The notes beneath the pieces were generated by a model. The model did no database searches, was not told where the DNA came from, and worked only from the letters and a program-made list of their open reading frames with translations. From assembly GCF_001194135.2 (NCBI RefSeq), contig NC_068998.1, positions 6,168,151 to 6,232,150 of the forward strand: DNA of 64,000 bases. The letters run 5' to 3'. The translations under genes were made by a program, and so were the position numbers. Source of the DNA: Octopus bimaculoides (taxonomy: Eukaryota). Positions 40,470 to 54,003 of the stretch are shown here, piece after piece; position 1 is the stretch's first letter; the number at the start of each line of letters is the position of its first letter.

Positions 40470-41238
40470 NNNNNNNNNNNNNNNNNNNNNNNNNNNNNNN
40501 NNNNNNNNNNNNNNNNNNNNNNNNNNNNNNNNNNNNNNNNNNNNNNNNNNNNNNNNNNNNNNNNNNNNNNNNNNNNNNNNNNNNNNNNNNNNNNNNNNNN
40601 NNNNNNNNNNNNNNNNNNNNNNNNNNNNNNNNNNNNNNNNNNNNNNNNNNNNNNNNNNNNNNNNNNNNNNNNNNNNNNNNNNNNNNNNNNNNNNNNNNNN
40701 NNNNNNNNNNNNNNNNNNNNNNNNNNNNNNNNNNNNNNNNNNNNNNNNNNNNNNNNNNNNNNNNNNNNNNNNNNNNNNNNNNNNNNNNNNNNNNNNNNNN
40801 NNNNNNNNNNNNNNNNNNNNNNNNNNNNNNNNNNNNNNNNNNNNNNNNNNNNNNNNNNNNNNNNNNNNNNNNNNNNNNNNNNNNNNNNNNNNNNNNNNNN
40901 NNNNNNNNNNNNNNNNNNNNNNNNNNNNNNNNNNNNNNNNNNNNNNNNNNNNNNNNNNNNNNNNNNNNNNNNNNNNNNNNNNNNNNNNNNNNNNNNNNNN
41001 NNNNNNNNNNNNNNNNNNNNNNNNNNNNNNNNNNNNNNNNNNNNNNNNNNNNNNNNNNNNNNNNNNNNNNNNNNNNNNNNNNNNNNNNNNNNNNNNNNNN
41101 NNNNNNNNNNNNNNNNNNNNNNNNNNNNNNNNNNNNNNNNNNNNNNNNNNNNNNNNNNNNNNNNNNNNNNNNNNNNNNNNNNNNNNNNNNNNNNNNNNNN
41201 NNNNNNNNNNNNNNNNNNNNNNNNNNNNNNNNNNNNNN
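40470..41238. other. Assembly gap, representative of about 20 N runs totalling ~6.9 kb
   Basis: Other gaps: 432-738, 1475-2097, 2847-3296, 14121-14289, 15119-15298, 19493-19983, 22111-22940, 23707-24029, 28697-29310, 30863-31133, 32442-32710, 38328-38657, 42059-42483, 45976-46248, 48066-48299 and 59294-59584, plus three 10-N gaps. Confidence 0.99.
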
Positions 41239-41787
41239 ATATATATATATATATATATATATAGATAGATAGATAGATAGACAGATAGATAAATAGACAG
41301 GCAGACAGACGTCTTTGCGTCACATAAAATTCGTTTAGTCCATGAGATAAGAGAAGATAAGGTTTGTGTCAAACTTAAAATATTTTATCTGGCATCAATC
41401 AACAGTATGTAAATATTTTAGGAGGAACATCGCCACAAGTGAAATAATAAATAAATAAAGACAGAAGCAAAAATAATGTAATTATATGTCTAATATTGTC
41501 AACTACCGATTGTTGTGGCTTATATTTGCTTTAGGTTAATAACAAAATTGTAAAACAAACACAAAGAATATTCGTACGTATTGGCATCCGTGCCAGTTTT
41601 GTTGAAACAATGCCGAAACTTAAATAATAGAATTCTGGAAATATTGGAAACATATTTTTTATTCTGTTTATTTGATATCGAAATTGGTTAACAGAAGTGG
41701 CGTCGTTGGTTACAAGAGTTCCAACGCAGCCATTGCTACATCGCTGCCTTTCTGACGGAATAAGAGACACCGTGAGTAAGAAAGATA

Positions 41788-41858
<71 letters not shown>

Positions 41859-42483
41859 GAGAGTGAGTGAGTGAGTGATTTCAGAGTGTTTTTTACAAAC
41901 AAACGTAACAAGGACTTCGTGCGCTAGCGGGTTTTGAGCTTTTCTCTCTAATGTGCATTTATGCACAAACAGGTGAATTCAAAGAAACATCCAAACATTT
42001 ATACATGTTTACATGTACATACAAGCAAACATGTATATATATATATATATATATATATNNNNNNNNNNNNNNNNNNNNNNNNNNNNNNNNNNNNNNNNNN
42101 NNNNNNNNNNNNNNNNNNNNNNNNNNNNNNNNNNNNNNNNNNNNNNNNNNNNNNNNNNNNNNNNNNNNNNNNNNNNNNNNNNNNNNNNNNNNNNNNNNNN
42201 NNNNNNNNNNNNNNNNNNNNNNNNNNNNNNNNNNNNNNNNNNNNNNNNNNNNNNNNNNNNNNNNNNNNNNNNNNNNNNNNNNNNNNNNNNNNNNNNNNNN
42301 NNNNNNNNNNNNNNNNNNNNNNNNNNNNNNNNNNNNNNNNNNNNNNNNNNNNNNNNNNNNNNNNNNNNNNNNNNNNNNNNNNNNNNNNNNNNNNNNNNNN
42401 NNNNNNNNNNNNNNNNNNNNNNNNNNNNNNNNNNNNNNNNNNNNNNNNNNNNNNNNNNNNNNNNNNNNNNNNNNNNNNNNNNN

Positions 42484-42534
<51 letters not shown>

Positions 42535-42781
42535 GAGATATACATAGTTATACGTTTACATGCATGTCCACACACATACATATGCATACATACATTCGTA
42601 CGTACGTACGTAAATACATACATACATAAAGATATGTATGAGACAGGTATAAAGATGGAGAGAGTAGGTGTGGAAAAATAGACAGTAAGACTTGATTATG
42701 TTTCTATTCCACCAAAACTGATTCCCGTTAATCAATATCATCTTAATCAATACAACGACAACCATCACCATCTTCATCTTC

Positions 42782-42846
<65 letters not shown>

Positions 42847-43458
42847 CTACAACAACACCAACTTATCAAATGATAGCGTTCTTATTTTTCTTCAGTTTGA
42901 TCTCTAAATGTGCTTTGTCGACTTTCGACTTTAAGACTATGAGATTATTTTGACATGTTTCCTGGTTGGTTGCCTACTCATCAGATGACATGAATCGCAT
43001 ACCGTTCTTTCCAGTACAGAAGTTGACAGTAATCCATCCATTTGTCTACTTATCTATCTATCTGTGCACATATATGTGTGTGTGCACAAGCATACATTCA
43101 TATATACGTGTATGCATGTATGTATTTATGTATCTATGCGTGTATGTATGTATATAAGTATGTATGTATTAATCTGTGGTAGGAGCTTACATTTCACAAT
43201 ATGTTCTTCACGCAGAGCTCACCATTTGGACAATCCCCAGTACCATTACTTTCAGTTTACTTTAGTTTTAATTGTTCGAAGTTCCTAACATCTATGAGCA
43301 GGCTCTGCTTCACTGAAGAGGTGCAATAAGTTTGAAACGCATGCAAATGTCTTCCTGACTACCTAAAACTAGTTTCACTCTCTCCCACTTTTATTTCCTC
43401 ACAGCATGTAGTCGTTAACATAAATTTTTAGTACGTTTTATAACTTCTGAAGACTCAC

Positions 43459-43618
43459 CCTTGCTTCTCTTTCAAATAACAAATTTGCATTAAGGACAAC
43501 GTAATTCTGATTCTTTGGCTGTTCCCATACTCTACCGAATAACGGTCTGTTCACGATCACTGTCTGTCTCATAGCTACAAAGGTTTTCTTTGCTTCTATG
43601 GTTTCATCTGGGAAGCCT
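43459..43618 (-). CDS. Candidate internal exon of an unidentified protein
   Basis: Acceptor cttgcttgttatag and consensus donor AGG|gtgagt. Only one frame is open: (x)GFPDETIEAKKTFVAMRQTVIVNRPLFGRVWEQPKNQNYVVLNANLLFEREAR. GC is elevated. Family not recognised. Confidence 0.5.
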
Positions 43619-43812
43619 CTATAACAAGCAAGTTCTACCCACCCTTAGGATTCAGTCTACGGCACAAACCTTGTATGTTTTCTGGGTTTGGTAAACACTT
43701 ATATCCTCCTTCTCACTGAGAATAGCCAAATGGAGATCAGCTGGTCATGTGAGAAAAGTGTAACAGAGAAATAAAAGATGCACATACATGCATATTTACA
43801 TACATGCATACA

Positions 43813-43846
<34 letters not shown>

Positions 43847-43856
43847 NNNNNNNNNN

Positions 43857-43898
<42 letters not shown>

Positions 43899-44280
43899 CA
43901 GGTGAGGAAGTGACACCTGTGAGTGACTGATACTTTCTTATATTGATATTGGAAGGATCAAAAGTAAATTGACTTCGGTGGTACTTTGTATAGCTTCTCA
44001 ACATTCATGAAAATATACTAACATCAACAAATGCTCTTACAACACGTTAAATGCAAGACACGAAATAAATAATGAAGTAAGATAAAGGTATTTTATGAAG
44101 CCATTATAATCCTATATGGTATTTCATTGAAAAGTTTAACTCGGAAGCTTTGCTGTTGCCCGAAATTAAAAATTACCCACTAAAATCTAAATGTTAGATC
44201 AACAAACTGATATGTAAAATACATTGCGAAATTATCATGAGCTTAACCAGATATTTACAGATAACCGATTTTAGATCCGG

Positions 44281-44390
44281 CGAGGGTGATTTTATCTGAT
44301 GAAGCGACATTCCTATGATCCTTGACAGCCTACTGCAAAACGCGCGTCAAGAATGAAAGAACACTCTCATCCATTGAGAGAATTAAACAC
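44281..44390 (+). mobile_element. Possible Tc1/mariner transposase fragment
   Basis: Reads RVILSDEATFL*, resembling the first catalytic Asp motif (IFSDEATF); short. Confidence 0.3.
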
Positions 44391-44830
44391 CGAAACAGCT
44401 TTTAAACGTTAATGTATTTATCAATGGTTTTATTCCACATAGAACGTAAATAAAGAAATACGAAATCTTTAATAAAAGCAGCATATTCGAATGCAATGTA
44501 TTTTCATACATACGTATGCATACATATGTAAATATATATCTGCATGTTCATATGTATAGTCACACACATATAGATATATATATGCATATATGTATATATT
44601 CATAACATATATACATGAAATTATAGGTAATATATATAATGATAATAATAAATAAATATGTATATAATAAATATCAATATCGATGTGTGTTCGTATGTGT
44701 GTGTTTATGTTGAGTAATATCACTACCTTAAAGCTGGTATGTATACCAACAGAACATGAATGAGGTTTTTCTACACAAAGAAAAGTAAATTTAGTGAGAC
44801 GATCGTTTATCAGGTTGCTTACACAATATT

Positions 44831-44911
<81 letters not shown>

Positions 44912-44957
44912 GTACTGAATAAAGAATTCGCAAGCAATTTAAAGCAAAATAGAGTTC

Positions 44958-44997
<40 letters not shown>

Positions 44998-45396
44998 CAC
45001 ATATATATACACACATGCTGCCCATCTTGCTACTTTCTATTTCTTGCCAAGTTTCTTCCAGACGCGTAAGACAAGGACATTCAGTATAGATTGGTGGGCC
45101 AATAAAATAAACATACCACGTTATTCATTAACAAAGTTAAGTTTTGTGATAGAAAAATGAGAAAGAGAAAAATACAGAAGTAAACGGAAAATAGAAAAAA
45201 AGTTAAAGGAAAAAAATGTAAAAAAAAACAAAAACAAAAGAAAAATTATTGTTCTTTTAATTATTGTTGTTGTTGTTATTGTGACAAAATCAACTTTTGC
45301 TCTCATTTCTCTGAGGTCAACGAAAATCGACTGATTATCTCCTTGAAATTTGAAACCGTTAGTACTAGTAGTAATAGTAGTAGTAGTAGCAACAGT

Positions 45397-45467
<71 letters not shown>

Positions 45468-46248
45468 CAGTAGTAGTATCAACAGTGTTGATTAAATGCT
45501 TTTAGTTTATTTATTCGTATCTATCAATTTGATGAATGTTGATGAGTGTCAGCTAATAACTTTCTATATATATTTTCTTCAATAAACACAACAACCTTTC
45601 AAAGATTTTTGCCAATATCTCTTCTAGAGAATAATTTTGTACTTTTTGTATATGTCTTAAACGCCATTGCAATTTTCGCATTTAACCAACCGAATAATAC
45701 ATTTCTGTTTTTCACTATCATGAAGATCTATGTTCTCGTGGTTTTCCCAGCGGTAAAGAACGTAAAATTAACAATACTTCAGTAGCCTATACCCATATAC
45801 ATACATACAAAAGACAAAATAGTTTTCATTGGATAAATAGTTCATGTAATTGAAAATAGTAGCATTATTTTTCTTTATCGTTTCTTTTCTTTTTGCCTCT
45901 CTTTGCAGCTTTTCTCTTTCTCTCCACTACCACTATGTATCTGTACTTTATAATGGTATATATATATATATATATNNNNNNNNNNNNNNNNNNNNNNNNN
46001 NNNNNNNNNNNNNNNNNNNNNNNNNNNNNNNNNNNNNNNNNNNNNNNNNNNNNNNNNNNNNNNNNNNNNNNNNNNNNNNNNNNNNNNNNNNNNNNNNNNN
46101 NNNNNNNNNNNNNNNNNNNNNNNNNNNNNNNNNNNNNNNNNNNNNNNNNNNNNNNNNNNNNNNNNNNNNNNNNNNNNNNNNNNNNNNNNNNNNNNNNNNN
46201 NNNNNNNNNNNNNNNNNNNNNNNNNNNNNNNNNNNNNNNNNNNNNNNN

Positions 46249-46310
<62 letters not shown>

Positions 46311-46369
46311 GTATATATGTATATATATATTATCGGTTCTCAGGTTTCATAGCATTGCGAGCGTCAAGC

Positions 46370-46856
46370 GCAAACCAAACAATAACAAAGGAGATCTACT
46401 GCGAGCAGCTTGAGAAGCTTAAGTCAGCGCTGGAATAAAAATGACCATCTTTAGTTTCAAGAGAAAAGGTGTTCTTCCATCAAGATAATTCTCGGCCACA
46501 TACAGCGAAGATGACATTCCAAAGGTTGGAGCAGGTTGAATGGGAAATGATGCCCCACCCACCATATTCGCCGGACATTGCCCCATCTGATTATCATTTA
46601 TTCCGCAGTCTTCAAAATCATTTGGACGAAAAAAATATGAATTCTGTAGACGAGGTCAGAAGAATACTGGATGAGTATTTTTCGTGACCGACAAGTGAAT
46701 TTTGGAAGAGCCTTGTAAGTCTACCAGATAAGATGGAAGAGCATTGTAGAAAATGAAGGAGAGCATATTTTAGATTGAAAACGAACTTTGCTTTTTCTTA
46801 ATTTTGAAAAATAAAAGAAGTATAAAAAATTCGCATTATTTATGGGATGACCTAAT
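46370..46856 (+). mobile_element. Mariner (DD34D) transposon, 3' portion with right TIR; pseudogenised
   Basis: Reads QTITKEIYCEQLEKL...HQDNSRPH...HPPYSPDIAPSDYHLF, with 34 residues between the catalytic aspartates. It has stops and frameshifts and ends in a TIR-like cgcattatttatgggatgacctaat. Confidence 0.92.
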
Positions 46857-47047
46857 TTATATAAACAGATACCCGTTTAAGTAATTCATGATTTCGAAAG
46901 TCGAACGAAACATGACTAGGCTTGTAGTGTCATCAAATGACTAAATATATATACATACCTGCACACAGGTAAGCACGCATGCATGCACATATGCATGCAC
47001 ATATGCATGCACATATGCATGCACACATATCATTTTGTATGTGTATA

Positions 47048-47191
47048 TATACCGGAGTAAGCACATAAATGTGCAACAAGGTGGAAAAAAGAGTACTCAA
47101 ATACCAGCGGTAGAGTAATATGCTTTATTTAAAAGCAGAAGAAATATAACAAAAAACTGTTACTCGGAGTTTCACTTTCGCGTTCATCGGA

Positions 47192-47193
<2 letters not shown>
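47048..47193 (-). mobile_element. Penelope-like terminal repeat fragment with minimal HHR motif (47158-47193)
   Basis: The minus strand reads TGT | CCGATGA | AC gcgaaa GT | GAA | ACT ccg AGT | A | ACA. This is HHR topology with a GUA triplet and U4->C in the core. Both ends abut TA/CA microsatellite. Confidence 0.55.
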
Positions 47194-47223
<30 letters not shown>

Positions 47224-47225
<2 letters not shown>

Positions 47226-48065
47226 GAGGGTGGCATGGGTAAGTTGTTGCCATTGTATATTATTAATTTCGCGTTTGCGCATTGTTTTGTCGACTACACA
47301 ATATAGTAGGGTCAGTTGGGCATCGTCTATGAGAAAAACAGCACTATGACACAATTCATTCTGCCAGAAATTTGGAAACGACATATTGTACCACTTTGCA
47401 CTCGCGCCGGATGCTCCGATACGAACATTTCAGAGTATATATGAGGAGATGTACCGAAAGTGATAAAAATCAAACATCCAGTCAACAGCATATTCTTTGG
47501 AGTGATTAGTAGTGATGACGACGCTATGCCTGTATTTATTTTCCCACACGGTCTAAGACTCAACACGGAGGCCTACATCAAGTGCCTGGAGGAGGTAGTC
47601 CTGCCGTGGGTCAAGAGGGCGGCTGTTGGAAGACTCTACGTCTGGCAACTGGACTCTGCGCCATGCCACACAAGCAGAAAACCTAGTCATAGCTGTCAGA
47701 TAATTTCTGCGACCACATCATTCCTAACATCTGGCCACCTAACTCCCCAGGTTGCAACCCCCTTGATTATTATGTGGGGGGTGCAGTTGAGTGGCAGACC
47801 AACAAAAACACCTTGTAACATCGAAAATAAACTGAAGGTAAGCATTCACCAACAGAGACTGTCCACAAGTCTTGCAGGAGATTCTGAAATCGTGTGGAGG
47901 CCGTGCTGATTTTTTGAATAAATTGCGATTTTATTGAATAAATTTCCTCTTTAGTATTTCAAGATATTTTTTATGTAATTTTGGTAAATATATCTGTTAA
48001 AATGAGAAGTCTTTGTTATTTTGATTTTTACGTAATTTAGACGACAGTTTAATCACCGCACCCTG
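47224..48065 (+). mobile_element. Internally deleted Tc1/mariner element of the maT (DD37D) family; pseudogenised
   Basis: N-terminal MTQFILPEIWKRH is joined to KHPV...FIFPHGLRLNTEAYIKCLEEVVLPW...QLDSAPCH. After a frameshift it continues WPPNSPGCNPLDYY, giving D37D spacing. Imperfect terminal repeats are cagagggtg... / ...caccctg. Confidence 0.85.
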
Positions 48066-48299
48066 NNNNNNNNNNNNNNNNNNNNNNNNNNNNNNNNNNN
48101 NNNNNNNNNNNNNNNNNNNNNNNNNNNNNNNNNNNNNNNNNNNNNNNNNNNNNNNNNNNNNNNNNNNNNNNNNNNNNNNNNNNNNNNNNNNNNNNNNNNN
48201 NNNNNNNNNNNNNNNNNNNNNNNNNNNNNNNNNNNNNNNNNNNNNNNNNNNNNNNNNNNNNNNNNNNNNNNNNNNNNNNNNNNNNNNNNNNNNNNNNNN

Positions 48300-48330
<31 letters not shown>

Positions 48331-49312
48331 TACATATAACAAAGTTAGACAACGACAGAGTTTGCATTCATTATCGTATTTTCGCTTGTATGTGCGGGCC
48401 CACAAAAACGCATATACAGACGCAACCCTAAATTCATGCATACATAGACACATACATACATACATACATACACACATACATACATACATACATGCATACA
48501 TGCATGCATACATACATGCATGCATACATACATGCATGCATACATACATACGCACATAAAATTACTACAATTGATGAAAGAACTGCATTAGACTTTTTTT
48601 TCGCTTTCTCGAACTCTTTTGATGCAATAATTTTCGATACAACAAAAAATATCAAAATACTTCAGATTCTCTTACATAGTTATTTTTTGCTTTATGTACA
48701 GCGTTTTAACTTTGCCAAATATATCAGCCATTTTTATTTCGTCTCCATCATTAAATTTTTAAAGTTTGACGCTTAAGGAAGAAATACTCAACATAAAAGT
48801 CTTAGAGTTAGAATGTCTTGCATAACGAACGGCGAAACAGTCTGGTTGTCAAGTTGGTTGTAAAAGTTTATTGCCAAGTTGCATACACTTGCACATACAT
48901 ACCGACACATCTGCACACAGACGCAACATATACACAACGATACAACGCATGCGTATTAGTAACAATTACTTACGGACGGTCACATACTCACACAGGCACG
49001 CATTTACAATACGGACAGACATGCATACACCTTAAATACTTGTAATACACGCACATATACATACATGGAGACAAACTTATATATACTGAAACACACACAC
49101 ACACACACACACTACTATATCTGCCTATCTATCTATAAATCTATTGACCTTTTCTCTCTCTTTCCTCTGTCTTATCTGTCTGCCCCAGCATGGCCACAGC
49201 TCTGAGCTGAAACTACAATATATATATATNNNNNNNNNNTATATATTGATATAATATATTTATATATCTATATATATATTTTATATATGTATATATCTAT
49301 ATCTATCTATCT

Positions 49313-49369
<57 letters not shown>

Positions 49370-49370
49370 A

Positions 49371-49422
<52 letters not shown>

Positions 49423-49620
49423 AGCATAAAGGAAATTAGATTCAAGTTACTAATATCTATTTGGTCATGCGACATGTATGATATTTAATCCATAGTCTGA
49501 GCCTCCCAAAAGGAATACGTGAAACAAGATATATTTTGTCGGACTAACGATTATAGATTAAACAGTTTACTCACTTTCAAACTTGTCTTTCAGTACTTTA
49601 CTCTAAGTGGCCAGATACAG

Positions 49621-49651
<31 letters not shown>

Positions 49652-51117
49652 TTATGTGTGTATGTGTGTGTGTGTATGTGTGTGTGTGTGTGCATGTACG
49701 TATGTATATATGTACATATATATTTATGTGTGTGTGTATGCGAGTATGCTTGTATATAGTTATATATGTGTGTGTATATATGCATACATAAGTATATATG
49801 TGTGTGTGTTTGTGTATATGTATGTATACATGTAGTTATATATGTATATATATAGTAACGGTCTAAATGTTCTAGCCATATTCAGAAAGATGAAATATTG
49901 TCAATGATAAAAGAAAATATTAGATAGCTAGCAATAACGTGGCACTATCATTGAGATTTCAGAATGGCATGTAGAGTAAAGCTGTTTGGAAAAATCACGA
50001 ACGCAAAAACAGCAAACAGCAAAAAGAGAAATAAAACAAAAAAGACGAATTATAGAAAAATGACCTAAAATGTATGGGATAAAAATAATACTTAATTTGG
50101 CCACTCATTCTCGCTTGCTCACATCCTCATAACCAAACGTATTTCTTTACTGGGTTTCATTTAAGCATTGTCGCCATATTATATAGATATACAGAATCAA
50201 GTTTGGTTCAGTTAATAGTTGTTTAAAAAGGAATGTTTCTCCTGTGCATAGTTCAACATTTGAAGCATTTACATTAAGTTTCGGAACCTCAACGAGTCAT
50301 TTGATATATATTTTTCTAAAGAAGATTGGCATCAATGCGGATACCAATCAGTTTTTGGATATTGTTATTGCTTAAGATTTCACATCTGCGTATCATTTTC
50401 CAGTGTTCATAGTTTGATGTCAATATACTTATCTATTCCTCAATGCTATAAAGGTTACAAATATATAATAGGTAATATCGGAAGGTGTCAGCTACTGTAG
50501 GATGCAACTTATGTGATGCCGTGTGTAACAATTTTCAAACGATTAAATATACAACAGTGTTCCATTCAGATGTTGCCATGCAAATTCTTTCCAACTCATT
50601 CAAAGAACGGTAAAAGATAAATGAGTTTTGTTTACGCACTTGAAAGACTACGTAAGCGAAATTGCTTCAGAGAGGTGTCATAATCATTTAATCCGGTCTC
50701 CCATGCACACGGACATACACAAATTCACTCACACCTACAAATTCACTGTAACATACACACATTTATATGCCTGTGTGTATGTGTGTATGTGTGTACATAG
50801 ATATATATTTACACATATATAAAGTTACATATTTGTAAATATATGTTGCTCTATGTTTCTATGCCGATTTATCCACATATGTATACATTTGTATATGCCC
50901 TAGCTCATACATACATATACATACATACATACATACACATACATACATACATATATATACACACACACACACACACACATATTTATATATGGCAAAAATT
51001 CACAACCTTCTACGTCAAAAGACCACTGTCGTTCCTGAAAATTAATTTTTTTTTACCTCCAACGGACTGCTTGAGGCTTACTAACTTCCTACACCTTGTC
51101 CCTTGGATCTTACCTTA

Positions 51118-51149
<32 letters not shown>

Positions 51150-51624
51150 GACTATTAACCATGTAAGATATATATATATATAAAAGCATAATGCATTTAT
51201 ATACGTACATACGTATATATGTAGCTATGTATGTATATGTGTGTGAGTAGTATTTTTCTCTCTTTCTCATTCCTCCCTAATTCTTCAATCTCTCTGCCCC
51301 TACCTCTCTCCTCTCCTTCCATGTGACCATTATTCCACCAAGCGTGACCTCTCTGTCTTGGTTCGACTACCATCCGTGTAGCATCTCTTATATTCCTTCC
51401 TATGACTTTCACCTGTTATGTCTCTGCCGTGAGGCTTTACTTCCACACACGCCAGCTTAATTTGATTCGTCCTTAGTCGAAAGACACCTGTTGTTAATGT
51501 CCGCTTGTTTGTATTTGTAATTGTGTACCATTTCTTCGGTTTTTTTTTTCGTCCATTGTTTTCGTATACATTCGCTTGCTTTCTTCCAATGAATCTAGTG
51601 CTCTTAGCTTACTGCTTTTAGTCG

Positions 51625-51897
51625 AACAGAAAAAAAGAAAGAAAGAAAGGAAGGAAGGAAGGAAGGAAAGAAGGAAACAATGAAGGAAGAAAGAAAGAAA
51701 TGAAGGAAGAAAGGAAGGAAGGAAGGAAGAGATGAAGAAATGAAGGAAGGAAGAAAGAAAGAATTGAAGAAATGAAGGCAGGAAGCGAGAAAAAAATGAA
51801 GAAATGAAGAAAGAAAGAAACGAAGAAAGAAAGAAAAGAAGAAAGAAAGAAAGAGAGGAAGAAAGAAAGAGAGGGAGGGTGAAAGAAAGAAAGAACG

Positions 51898-51932
<35 letters not shown>

Positions 51933-51950
51933 GGAGAAAGAAATGAACTT
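51625..51950 (+). repeat. Purine-rich (GAAA/GAAG)n low-complexity tract
   Basis: Directly visible; it explains the spurious F/L/S-rich and K/E/R-rich ORFs. Confidence 0.95.
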
Positions 51951-52647
51951 ATAACAAAAGAAAGTGTTGCTTTTTATGTGTGTGATTTGTGGGAGAAAAT
52001 GCTTGAGCCATGCGGGCCTAGTCAACCATTAGAAAACTCACAGGAATCGACCCCTTTTAAATTGTGATATGGTTATTGTTCCTAACAGAACGTGCGCAAC
52101 CTGTGAAAAGGTGAGCCTTTCAGTTGGAAGAATGAAAAACCATGTCAAAAGACTTCATACTGTGGTACCTAATCTCTTCTGTCAGCCAGCACAGCTGAGT
52201 ATGATGCAGTAGAAATTACAATATACAGAGAGTGAGAGAGAGACACAGACAAACAGACAGACAGACAGAAAGTGAGAGAGAGAGAAAAAGAGAGAGAGAG
52301 AGAGAGAGAAAATGATTTGCGTTCCAACTTCAAAGAAAAGAACCATTATTTAGAATTCCGTGTGTATTCCTGCACATCGAAAGGGAAAATGTGAAGTGGA
52401 GTCATATCACAGTGTTCAGTACGATTTTCATTTGGTTGGACGCTAACGCTGGATACTTTACAGAATACACAGAGAAAGCAAAAAAAACAAAAACCAAAAA
52501 AAACAACACAAGAGTGTTTGTTTATAAAATATCAAAAAATATTTATGACCTAAATATTTTCTTATGAACAAACTCTCCTGCTTCGTTCTGCCTTCCAGAT
52601 GTGCTTGTATGTATGTGTACGTGTGTGGGAGTGTGTGTGCGAGTGTA

Positions 52648-52680
<33 letters not shown>

Positions 52681-52747
52681 GCATACATATATGTGTGTGT
52701 GTGTGCATGTCTGTATTTGTATATTTGTGTATATAAATACCTAATAC

Positions 52748-52848
<101 letters not shown>

Positions 52849-53314
52849 GACATGGATACATACGTATTTATATATTACATATTTAGATATACGCAAACAA
52901 CCAATACCGATTCGGCCTACAAACAATAGGCTGCCTCGGAATAATATATTAAACATATAACCAAAGACCAAAAACGAAAAGTGTGCCAATGCAAAATTAT
53001 ATTGTCACGTTATTTCACAATAAGCCAAATAAACAGGATTCGCTTGTTCTGCGTTGTTTGTATTGTTTTTTGTTCGTTTTGTTTTGTTTTGGTTTCTTTC
53101 ACTTCAGCTTCTGCGGGTATTTTAATATAAACCAACCAGTTTATCATTGTTTACTCTCAAAGTCTTGTTATTTGTGTATAATACATTTAATTTCCCTTTT
53201 TTTTTTATTGTTGTTGATGAAATTTTAATTTTAAATTGTTTCAAGTATTCCCTTTTTTCATAAATCCATCTTAACAACATTATGTCATCATCATCCTCAA
53301 CATCATCATTTTTA

Positions 53315-53351
<37 letters not shown>

Positions 53352-53739
53352 AATTTGTCTCATTTTATTGTTCCGAATTAATCTAGTCTCAGATCTTAAG
53401 GACCACGTTGTTATTTTAGGGTTTTTTTTTTGTTACTGTTTCTTTTTTTCTGTTGTTGATCTTTTTTATAATCTAAAAAACAAACTTTAGCGTTTTTGTC
53501 TTTAAAATGTTTCTCACATATCAAAATTTTCTCTTCACCGTTATCTTGTTTCCTTTTTACTTCGTTTCTTTTTTCCATCACCATTTTCTTCTTCCTTTTT
53601 CTCACCCTCTTCCTCTTTAAATCACTCCCACAACCACAACCACAACTCATAGCCATTACAGCGTTAACAACAACGACACAAACCAACACGACAGACATTT
53701 CTATTTTCTTTCTCTGTCCCGTTTTCCCTCGTTGAAAAA

Positions 53740-54003
53740 CTAAACACCAGTATCCATGAAATTGCGTGTTTCTTCTTCTTCCGGCGTTAATTGCTTATCC
53801 GCGCTGAAATCGTCTGACATGGAAAACATCTCCTTTGTCCCGTTGAGTTTTTGGTCGTACAGTAGCTCCTGCTGCACAGCTAGGTTGATGGTCATCGCCT
53901 GTTTTTGTAAACTCAGTGACGAGATTCTCGAACAGCGCGTGGCCGTGGTTCGGCTGTTTGAGTTTTGACAGCATTTCAACTTCATGCGGAGAGTTTGTCG
54001 AAC
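53740..54003 (-). CDS. Terminal coding exon of a probable GPCR (class B secretin-like or adhesion type): helix 8 and C-terminal tail
   Basis: A strong acceptor (long T-rich tract, ttcttcag) opens a phase-0 frame VRQTLRMKLKCCQNSNSRTTATRCSRISSLSL...TRNFMDTGV*. It is GC-rich against the background with GC-rich third codon positions. The 'VR..L' helix-8 start directly after an intron is typical of class B/adhesion GPCRs. It has a CC palmitoylation-like site, a Ser/Thr cluster and a T-x-V PDZ-type end. The TM exons were not found in the window. Confidence 0.72.
   Translation of the reverse strand, partial: VRQTLRMKLKCCQNSNSRTTATRCSRISSLSLQKQAMTINLAVQQELLYDQKLNGTKEMFSMSDDFSADKQLTPEEEETRNFMDTGV

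Noticed and set aside
50100-50640. Complex, non-microsatellite stretch that might be a coding or transposon remnant
   Set aside because: The frames I read were interrupted by stops, and no family motif was recognisable.
53795-54003. Alternative open frame of the terminal exon (GSTNSPHEVEMLSKLKQPNHGHALFENL...), superficially kinase-like and phase-compatible with a possible 39-nt exon near 54833-54871
   Set aside because: Third-position GC bias, the helix-8/CC/Ser-Thr/PDZ features and the longer frame all favour the VRQTLR frame; no kinase motifs follow.
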